Source of the DNA: the human T2T-CHM13v2.0 reference genome, Homo sapiens
DNA: 64,000 nucleotides
Assembly: GCF_009914755.1 (NCBI RefSeq)
Contig: NC_060926.1
Reading direction: 5' to 3' (one strand)
Position 1 is the first letter of the stretch. The number at the start of each line of letters is the position of its first letter. The translations under genes were made by a program, and so were the position numbers. This document shows positions 54,483-64,000 of the stretch, in pieces. The notes under the pieces are model-generated. The model did not search any database and was not told where the DNA came from. It saw only the letters and a list, made by a program, of their open reading frames with translations.

Positions 54483-55586
54483 ATGACCTTCCAGATCTTC
54501 TGGTTCTCTCTCCACTCTTCCCCAATAGGTATCATTAGAAACCCCTCATGGTTCAAATCACTCTACTGCTCTAAATCTTGAACAAACCCTTCTTGGCTCC
54601 AGGTATCTTCATTGAGTGCAAATATCTCAGTGTATCTTTAAAATCCTCAATGATCCAATTCCTCGGCCCTTTTCTAACTGTATCTCTGAACCCCATGCCC
54701 TATGATCTCAGCACATCTGAAGACACCATTTGCCAGCAACCCACAGGATTTATGCTATTTCCTCAAATTTCTTTCTATCAAATTCCTTCTCATTCTTTAA
54801 ATTTGGGGTCTAGTCCTTCCTCCTTTATGAAGAGTGCTCTGCCATGTCCCCAACTATTTTGCATTTGTCCTATTTCTATGCTTACTAACTGAACTTTTAT
54901 GGGCAGTTAGCTTCTGTTTAATTATTCCTCAATTGCCATTACCTGTGTAATATTTGTTCTTTTTCTAGATCATAATTTGTGCAGTAGAGTTTTATTCACT
55001 ATACAGAGTTGATCTTTGAAGGCAGTCACCTAGGCTTCTAAATCAGTGAGAGGAGCCCATAAAAAGTGCTGCTCCACCTGTGTTCAGATCACCTGAGATG
55101 CTAGTTTAAAATCCCCACAATGATTCTTTTGCACACCTAAGTAAAGGCACTTTAGAGTGGGAAGATCTAAACAAAACGAGGCTCTTCATGTGGCACAACC
55201 CTCAGACCCTTAAGGCACGATCAATAGCTGAAAGGGGGATGATGCTATTTTTCAATAAAACATATTTTCTTCTAAAGCCAGGATTGTTATCAATTATCCT
55301 GAAGACAAGGAAAAAAACTATTTTTCTCAGGACTGAGAATCAGGTAGATCACAGTAAATCCCGGAAACATTATAAATATCTTTTGTATGAGTCAAGACTC
55401 TGTTGCAAGTGACAAAAATAAAATTTATATGATTATGATTGATTGTTTTTAAAGGGAGTGGTATTTATTGGCTTAAGAAACCTAACAGTCAAAGTACAGT
55501 CTCTAGGCCAAGGAGATGAGTGCTCACAAGACGTTTCAGAAACAGGAATTCCTCCTGTTCTCAGCTCTGCTTCGCTCCGTGTTGAC

Positions 55587-55730
55587 TTCATTCATTCATT
55601 TAATATATTTTTATTCTGTTATTTCTTGAACACTAAAATAATGTGCCGGGCATTTTGCATCATATACCAGGCACTGGTGTTACAACAGTGAACAAAAGAG
55701 CTTAAATGTACTGCCCTTTCTAGAGTTTAT
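55587..55730 (-). mobile_element. L2 3' end
   Basis: ttcattcattcattt..atgtgccgggca..caggcactgg..cagtgaacaaaa..ctgccct..tagagtttat. Confidence 0.65.
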
Positions 55731-56118
55731 ATGCTTTCCCAGGTAGCTTCTCCCCAAGTTTCAGACCCCCAGGCTTACGTCCTGCCAGCTTGGGCTTCTT
55801 TTCTAGGAAAAATTCTGTGCTTGGTCTCATTCGTCACCTGCCTCTCTGTAACCAACCACCATGGCCAGTGGCATGCCTGGCTCATTGGCCAATCGTTATT
55901 TCAAGCACCGGCCCCTCCCCACATCACAAGGTCACTGGGCAGGTAGAAAGAACAGCTGGTCTTTCTGATAAATCTCTTAACCTTCACTTAAAGGTGGTCT
56001 GTGTGATCCTTAGAATTTCCCATTCAAGCTGAATAGAGTGAATAAAAACTTCATTATCTGCTATAATTGTGGTCATAGTAGTAATAGGAATACTGATGAT
56101 AAGCAATTATTGACACAA

Positions 56119-56622
56119 TACATTAGTCAGCGTTCTCCAGAGAAACAGAAACAACAGGATATTCCTATATCTCTATGCATAGATATAAAAAGAGATGTAT
56201 TATGAGAAATTGGCTCAAGTGATTATGGAGGCTTGAAATCCCATAATCTGCCATCTGTAAGCTGAAGATGCAAGAAGGCTGGTGGTGTAGCTCCAGCCCA
56301 GTTCCAAAGGTCTAAGAATGAGGCAAGTTGATGGCATGAATCAGATGCTAGTTCCAGAACTGGAGAAGAGATGTCCCAGCTCAGGCAGGCAGGCAGGAGA
56401 CAAAAGGGGCAGATTCCTGCTTCTTCTGCCTTTTGCCCCCTTCAGACCCTGAGCGGATTTGGATTGTGCGACTCTCACACTGGAGAGGGCCATTTGCTTT
56501 ACTGAGTTCACCCATTTCAATGCCCATATCATCTGGAAACACCCTCACAGACACATCCAGAAGCACTGTTTCATCTAGGCACTCTGTGGCCGACTAAATT
56601 TAACCCATAAAATTAACCATAC
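56119..56622 (-). mobile_element. MLT2B-type (ERVL) solo LTR
   Basis: attagtcagcgttctccagagaaacagaa..aattggctca.gtgattatggaggct..aaacaccctcacagacacatccaga..cataaaattaaccat. Confidence 0.9.
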
Positions 56623-56624
56623 TT

Positions 56625-56840
56625 ACCACCTGCCAAATCCTGAGCTAGACGTTTTATCAGTGTCCTTTAATTTAAACTTCACTCAGTCTCATGAAGTATG
56701 TATTAATAACATTACCATTATTTACTAATGTGTCACTTGGACAGGTACACACTTGCCCCAGCTCACACAGCTGGTGGATGTGGAACAAGGATTGGAATCC
56801 AAGTCTGTGGGACTTGACACTCACAGGCTTCACCACTACA
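56625..56840 (-). mobile_element. MIR SINE
   Basis: acttgccccagctcacacagct..ggattggaatccaagtctgt. Confidence 0.65.
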
Positions 56841-58392
56841 CTTAGATTTCTGGATTTTCCTTAACGTATGAGAAGTCACCATACATGGTATTCTAAATAT
56901 AGAAGATGCTTATTTGGCCTTGGTAGAGTTTTTAAGGAGATGTTGGCATCACAGAATAAAACAATAAGATAATGATCTGTTATATTTTATAAATTGCATT
57001 ATTTTTGAGGCAAGGGTAACAGGTGCAGCTGCCAAACACTCTCGTCACACAAATTCTTCCCTGTATTCCTTGCTGCAATTGTGCAGGGAGAAAACCCTGG
57101 GGTGAGAAGATTTTACCTAAACCAACATATCTAGTTGCATAAAAGGCAAGCAAACTAAAAAAAATTCTTTTTATTGAAATCAGGAATTTGAACAGTGTTT
57201 TTCAGGCTGGAAATTATTGAATCTCAGATTTATTTCTGTGATAGAATAAACTATTGTCAAACTTAATCGTTTGAAAATAATCACCCTCTGATTGTAATAA
57301 GCAATAGTTTTCAAGAAGAGAAAAGATGCCACATTTAAAAAGTATATTTTTTTGTTTTCATCAAAAACTTGGAAACTATAACTTCCAAATGTTTAGTGTT
57401 CTGAGAAAATCTTGGTAACATAATGCTGTTAGGGTCATCTGAAGATGCACAAAGAATGACTATTATTTTTAACTCAAATGATGAGAACATAATGGCAAAA
57501 GGGATGAGTAGAAAGTCATTGAAATACTAGTATTTAAATTATAGAAATTATCTTCTTGGAACTATGTGGCAATTTTACTCTTTTTCCTCATGTATAGTAC
57601 TTAAGGATTTAAGCGTTTTAATAAGCTGCAAGTGTTATCAATATTTTATTAAGCTATGAATGCTGTAAACCAGTAAGCAAGTATGAATACAAAACTTGGT
57701 TCATTATTGTCAATTATTAGCAAAACTGACTTTTTAGTTGAAATTGCAGAGCCAAAAACTGACCTAGAGATAGCTAACATTTTATGTTGATATGGAGGTG
57801 GGTGCTATGCAGATTGGAAGAGATTATTATGGAGTGAGGAAGAAAATGGAAACCATTTTAATTAGAACAAAAGAACAGAGTGTCTGGAAGAATAATATCA
57901 CACCATGAGCTGCATTTTTTCTAGGCACATTTCCAATACCAGTAACGCAGGAAAGCAAACTTTTCAATAAATTATTGATGAATAAAGAATGAAGTGTGAT
58001 TCTAAAGGTATAAAAGTAGTGATTTTGAAACAAACATAGCAGACGTCAGCAGCTTCTTCCTGCAATGGCTTCTCTCCTTTCTGCTTCTCTAAGCTCATCT
58101 CCCATCCCTCTTCCCCTCTCCTTGTTAACCTCTCTTGCTTCTCTGTACTGTTGACTTTGGAAATACCAAGATCTTCAGAATCTCTGAACATCCCAGACTG
58201 TTCCATTCTATCCCTGTTCCTTTTTCTCTTGCAGTTCCATCTGCCTAGACTGCTACGTACATGCACCCCTGCTGCCTTCTCCCCACTCCCTAAAGTCTAC
58301 CCGAGTCGTTACTTCATTCAGAAGCTACTCAGCCCCTGCACACCCTCTCCCTGCCCCCATACAGTTAATCCCATCCTCCTCCACACCACTCC

Positions 58393-58627
58393 GCATTATG
58401 TTGCCCATGTGATCCACGGGGACGTGTAGGCACGTCATGTTGTCCATGTGATCCGTGGGGACGTGTGGGCACGTTATGTTGTCCACGTGATTCACGGGGA
58501 CGTGTGGGCACGTTATGTTGTCCACGTGAACCACGGGGATGTGTGGGCATGTTATGATGTCCACGTGATCCACGGGGACGTGTGGGCACGTTATGTTGTC
58601 CACGTGATCCACGGGGACGTGTAGGCA
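58393..58627. repeat. VNTR, 6 x 39 bp, CpG- and E-box-rich
   Basis: Unit TTATGTTGTCCACGTGATCCACGGGGACGTGTGGGCACG at 58396, 58435, 58474, 58513, 58552 and 58591. Confidence 0.97.
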
Positions 58628-60074
58628 GGTCTTTTTGGAGGCATGGCCATGCATTTTCCACTTCTATATTTCACTCAGTGGATGGTGCCAGATTACACTA
58701 AATTACCCAAATGTTGGTGGAATGAATGAACAAGTTCCAATAATTACCTCTGTCCAATGGTTGCAACCAAAGGGGAACTGAAATGACACCCCCATCCACA
58801 AGCCTTCCCTCAAGGACTTCAAATATACTAGCTTCAGAGTGCCCTAGATGGGCATAGAACGAAATCTGAAACGTTTACCCAGAAAAGGCAGCCTTTAGAC
58901 ATGGCTGTTGATCTTCTATTACTCCCCAACTATTGAATGACCTATGGCAACTGTTATGGAATTTCCAGAGCTGCCCTGCTCTGAAGGAATCCTACTAGTG
59001 AAGGTGTTGGGCCTCAAGACATTTTGGGAGCCCTTCCTTTCAAATCTCTGAGTCCATTTATAAATCTTTTCTGTTCTCCACCCCCTCCCCTGCCACACAC
59101 ACACCAGCTTTGTTGTTTTTTCTTCATCCCAAACAGCAGCATATTCTGGCTTGGGCACTGTACTTTTTCAGTGAAAATTATTTTAATTTATGTCTTGATC
59201 TTTTCAAAAATTACCTTCAAAGAAAGATTCTTTCTTATACTGAAAGAACGTTAGAAACAGAGCATTTCGTTGTGTCAAGCACTGTTCTAAGAGACACAAT
59301 TAATTATTCTAGCAACCTTTGAGTCAGTTCCTACATTTTTCCAATTGTACACACAAGTATACTAACCTGGGAGGGGTTTTATCAAGGTTCCAAGTTCAGG
59401 ATTTGAACCACGCCACTGGCTCCAAAGTTGGCTTTTGAGGACTGCACCAGGTTGGTTTTCCTGATTACCTCGAAAGTGAATTCAGAATGATGTTCCCACA
59501 GCTGCTATGAGCCACAGGGGCATCTCGGCAATTACTCTACGGCTTACCAAGGTTTCAGAGCTTCCCCACCTGATACCTATAGAGACTCTGGCACAGGGTA
59601 GAGCATAAACCAGGAATATGCTTCATGAAGGTGCTTTGTTTTTGACCTTCTTTATTACATTTCAGAATGGACTTTTTCACTCTGTTTCTCTGTTTTCATG
59701 GGCTTTTCACCCACTACTCCCTCAGGGCTGACCCACCTGATGGATACTTTGTCCGTTTCAATTGCTTTGCTAATACATTTTACACCTGCACCATCTCCAG
59801 TGAGGGAAGTGTTTTGGTGGCTTACCAAATGTTTCTGTAATCTAGCCTTCCCATTCCACACCTGCTGTTGATGGAAAAATGGAGTGTCAGGAGGCATTTT
59901 ACCCCAAACATATCAGCTACATCTTGTCTCTAGGTGGGCTTTATTACTTTCTCAGGTCTGACACTTGTTCTTTTGGTTGATACAGGGTGTAGCCTGTCAC
60001 ATAGGCATTCTTCTTGGTGATGTTGAGGGAAGTCCAATGCAGTCGCAGGAGACAGCGATCCATGAGGTCTAGTG

Positions 60075-60420
60075 TTGTGACTGAGTGCATCTCTGTGTGT
60101 GGGTGCATCTGTGTTCATGTGTCTCTCTTTCTCTGTGTATCTGTGCATGTGCATCTGTGTGTGCCTCTGGATGTGTGCATCTCTGTATGTATCTTTGTGT
60201 CTTCATCTCTCTCTCTCTCTGTGCATCTGTGTGTGCATCTTTCTCTGTGTGTACATCTCTCTTTGTGTGTGCATCTTTCTCTGTGTGTACATCTTTCTCT
60301 GTGTGTACATCTCTCTCTTTGTCTGTGTGTGCATCTGTGGGCATTTGCATCTCTGTTTGTGTCTGCCTGTGTGTATGAGTGTGTGTGTGTGCATCTCTCT
60401 GTGCATCCATGTGCATGTCT
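60075..60420. repeat. Degenerate (CT)/(TG) tandem array with an ~18-bp core CTCTGTGTGTGCATCTTT
   Basis: GTGCATCT/GTACATCT recurs; explains the VHLSLC-repeat ORF. Confidence 0.85.
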
Positions 60421-62229
60421 GGGGTCCCCTGCACTATCAGAAATGATGCCCTCATTTGCTATCTGTCTGACACTTTCTTTCTGCCAACACAGTCAATCCT
60501 CCTTTTATGTGACTCTCTTTTGTTCAGTCAGGTTCTGGAGAACTTTAAACACTGTCTTTGATTAAGATTTATGATATATCAAGGCTTTGCTTATTTCCGT
60601 CCTTATTAAGACAATTTTCTGGTGAACTGTCTCACCACAAAAAGAAAAAAGGATCTCAAGGTGAATGAAGGCACTGCAAAGAGAATGTGGCTCCTTTTCT
60701 GGCTCTCTTTTACCTTTCTCTCTCACTCCATGGCAGAAAGTACTCAGACCTCTCCATGTTGGAAAGCCTGGGCATCAGAATTTCATGGTTCTAATCCTTG
60801 TTCTCTCCCTGGATTCTTGTAATTCCAGAAAATCACTCCTTTTCAGAAGGGAGCTAGTCAGGCTGCTGTTCCTCTCCCATGAAATATCAATACAAGAGCC
60901 AAGGAGAGAACTGGTGGATCGAAGCTAGGAAGTGTCAGTCGTGTTCATATTAGATGGTGGGTGATGGGAACTGAGGTTCTTGACCAGAGGCTTTATGCAC
61001 TTTTGTTCATATACACTCTGAAAATACTTTAGAAATATTATGTACCCATTTATGCATTTTTAGATTGACTTCTAAATAGTTTTGTCATAATTTCAAATAC
61101 TTACAAAGCAATTAAGTTCCAGGGTCTGTAACTATTAACATTTTAAAATATAATTTTTATTACTTTTATACAAAGTAATCAAGATACTATAGAGATTTGA
61201 TATCACCAGTTGATTAAAATCACATGAACATGTTTTTCATTAATTAGAAATATTACATGCTGTTTCTCCTTGAGCTCATTATTCCATTCTCTTTTCTGTA
61301 GAGAATTGTGTCTTAAAACAACATTTTAGAGAGCAAAGGTCATTTATTGATTATGCTGTCCCATGTCTTTACAGTAAAAACATACATATAGACTGATTTT
61401 TAAAAATTCTTTTGACTAAAAGGCTGAAAGTATTAAAATTCTTTTGAATTAAATTATCATTATAATTATTAGCACAAAATAGATAAAAACAACTAAAACA
61501 TATTGATTTTATCAATTATTAAATATACAAAGAGTGTTATTGGAAATGCCTCTGTTAATTGATGGGTCTCTGATTTGTCTATTTTCCCCCTTTTAGGTCA
61601 TGTATTCATGTGTGCTATTACTTATTGATAGAATGAGATCTATTTTAGCATCAACTCTATTATTATTTTTGTTATAGATATTAAGTAGTGACGAATGCTG
61701 TTCCGGGAAGTAACTTGATGAAAATAGAAGTTATTTCATAGGTGCTATGCACCTGTCTGAACTCCTTAATTAGAAGCTAAAAATTATGTAATTGATGTAT
61801 TATCAAAGATACATTATCATAATCAATTAATTAACATCTCAATGAAATCCTCCTTCAATTTTGTTGAAAGCCAAGATGCAGAAAATATCTTGCAATGGGA
61901 CTTCTTGTCTGATAATTAGAACCAATCGCTTTCCCTACGTAGAGGATTAGAGCTGCTCCTTGTCTGGCAACTGTAGGGTTTCCCATTCCAGAGCAATGCA
62001 CCCTTGCGAAGCTCCAGTCGGACGGAGGCAGAGGTGTGCTTTTGTCCTGGAAGTGGGAGAAGGCTTCGTGATGGATCTGACAGAAAAGGAGAGCCACAGG
62101 CTCCATTTCAAGGGAACAAATATTCAGAAAAACTACTTAAAATTCAAAAGTTTGGGAATAAATTCCCTTAAAAGTATCTATGCCTGTATACATCAAGGAA
62201 CGTCTGGAGGTCATCTTGGTTTTACATTC

Positions 62230-62379
62230 AAATATCTCAGAGTTATTAAAGAATACCAGTGCCTAGGTTCCACCCCTAAGGACAACAGTTTCCCCGTTTG
62301 GGGTGGGGCCAGCATATGAATATTTTTAAAATGCTCCCCAGTTGATTTTAATGTACTTCTGGGGCTGAGAACCCCACTG
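62230..62379 (+). mobile_element. MER5A-like (hAT-Charlie) relic
   Basis: tgcctaggttccacccc..tggggtggggcc..tttttaaaatgctccccagttgattttaatg..ggctgagaacc.actg. Confidence 0.7.
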
Positions 62380-63423
62380 CAGAGTCTAAGCTCTGTGAGG
62401 TCAAGGACCTGGCTCTGTGGTTCAAATGTGCATCTTTGCTGACTCACACTGTCTCTTTTGGGTAAGGAATGGGGAATCAAATTCTGAGGATCAGGAAACA
62501 GGCATGTGCCAGGGATTCACACCTAAGGATCGAGAGGCTCATGGCCAGGTAAGTGGTCAGGACTCCAGGAAGCCCAGGAGGTCAACAAGTCAAGTAGGAG
62601 GAGAGACACCCGTGCTTGCAGCAGGACAGGAGCCTGAGGCGTCCTGGACACAAGGCCTTTGCTGTCCAAGGCCTTCCCAGGGGCCAGGCCAGCCAAGTAG
62701 GCTTGACCTGCCAAGAGCAGGCTGAGAAGTTGGTTGAGTCCAAGGATAAGAAAGAAACTAGTTTCACTAGTGGAAGCGGTTCTCAGAAATTGCTAGGTAG
62801 GAAACTACCTTTTCATCTCTTGGTCCTAAGAAGAGTCTTTATTCTGGGATGTAAGAAGTTTGTTACTGGTGATGTCAACTTTAGGTTTGAGATTTTCTGA
62901 GCTTTCAAACATTCTGTCCGACTGCCCCCACAGAACACTTTCATTGAACGAATTAATCAAAAGCTTGTCTCCTCTGGCCTGATGCTGGGCTGGGCCTCTC
63001 CCACGGGGTCGTATGCAGCAGGGATCTCCTCCACGGAGGTGCTTCTCCTTGCTGCAGGGGACCCAGGCACGACAGTGCTCTGATGCAAGGCAGGCCACGT
63101 GCCTGGATCCATCCTCCTTGTCGTGTCTCCACTCTCTCCATCGTCAGATGGAATCTACAACCGTCATGCTCATCACTTCCCCACAAAAACCCAACTTCTT
63201 CTCTGGCCTTTCACTGAACACATCACTTTATAATATTAAATTGTGAATCCATTATTTATTTATTCATTTATTATTAAACGTCTCTCCAGCTAAAATTCTA
63301 GCATCACAGGGCAAAGGATTGGTTCTGTTCATTGCCTGAACTGAACACCTACCTAAGAGAGTGTGAGGTATGTAATAGGTGTGCACATGTTCCTGGAAGG
63401 AAGGAAGGGAGGCAAGAATGGAG

Positions 63424-63580
63424 GGAGGAGGGAACCTTTCTCTTGCGTATAGGCAGGGAGAGGGCTGCTTGGCACTGTGGGTGCCACGTTGCCATTGCTG
63501 GGTGGAGGAGGGAATCTATCTTGGGAAGAGGCAGGGAGACGCTTGCCTGGCACTGTGGGTGCCATATTGCCATTGCTGTG
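63424..63580. repeat. Tandem duplication of about 79 bp, 2 copies
   Basis: GGAGGAGGGAA at 63424 and 63504; GGCACTGTGGGTGCCA..TTGCCATTGCTG at 63471 and 63549. Confidence 0.85.
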
Positions 63581-63824
63581 TGCTGAGCCTCATGCCCCAG
63601 GTATCTCTGTGTTGAGTTTCCTATTTAGAACTAGCAGAACTGCATTGTGGGAATTTGTGGGAATCTTCTGTTTTCTTAAGGGCTCCTTGCTCATCCTGGG
63701 GTCAGGTGCACGTACAGTGCAGCTTTTTTGGCAGGGTGGGAAATGCTGAGGGTAGGCAGGGTCCTTACTGACCTCCTGAGGTGAAACTTCCAATGTCTAA
63801 AGACTCCTTCCTTCCTGCAGTCAC

Positions 63825-64000
63825 TTTTTAAAATCAATATGTAATAACTGTACATATTTATAGACTACATGTCTATAGATATTTTGATAAATCCATACAA
63901 TGTGTAACCATGAAATAAGAGTATTTAGGATATCCATCACCTCAAACATTTATCATTACCATGTGTTGGAAGCATTCCAAATCTCTTCTAGCTATCCTGA
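63825..64000 (-). mobile_element. L1MA-type 3' end, running off the window
   Basis: tgtacatatttat..gatattttgata..catacaatgtgtaa..ggatatccatcacctcaaacatttatcatt..cattccaaatctcttctagcta. Confidence 0.85.

Noticed and set aside
58325-58661. ORFs with 13-aa repeats (HVPVDHVDNITCP; PTRPRGSRGQHNV)
   Set aside because: The 39-bp unit is divisible by 3, so open frames are expected. There is no evidence of coding.
60014-60565. 183-aa VHLSLC-repeat ORF
   Set aside because: Translation of a low-complexity CT/TG array.

Overview
This is eukaryotic, primate (human or other catarrhine-type) non-coding DNA, either intronic or intergenic. I can see no credible protein-coding gene, RNA gene or CRISPR array. 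The long ORFs in the track come from tandem repeats, Alu, L1 or THE1 sequence. The window holds at least eight Alus (J, S and Y types, several with readable target-site duplications), L1 fragments of several ages, MIR and L2 relics, MaLR LTRs (three solo THE1, MST, MLT1), one full LTR-int-LTR THE1 element, an MLT2 LTR, a MER54-like ERVL solo LTR, and MER44A and MER5 DNA-transposon relics. Tandem repeats are unusually abundant, with units of about 19, 39, 50, 59 and 79 bp, plus TG-rich and AT-palindromic arrays. The most notable unexplained structure is a gapless 224-bp inverted repeat of sequence I cannot match to any transposon (26296-26519 / 27633-27856, 207/224 identical). It brackets about 1 kb of TG-rich array. 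Also of note are a second locally templated copy (~61 bp, 40493 vs 41400) and two VNTRs that multiply transcription-factor motifs (GFI1 plus E-box; CACGTG E-boxes). Repeat subfamily names come from my recall of consensus sequences and need RepeatMasker/Dfam confirmation. I cannot identify the locus, and I find no convincing evidence of a new biological system.
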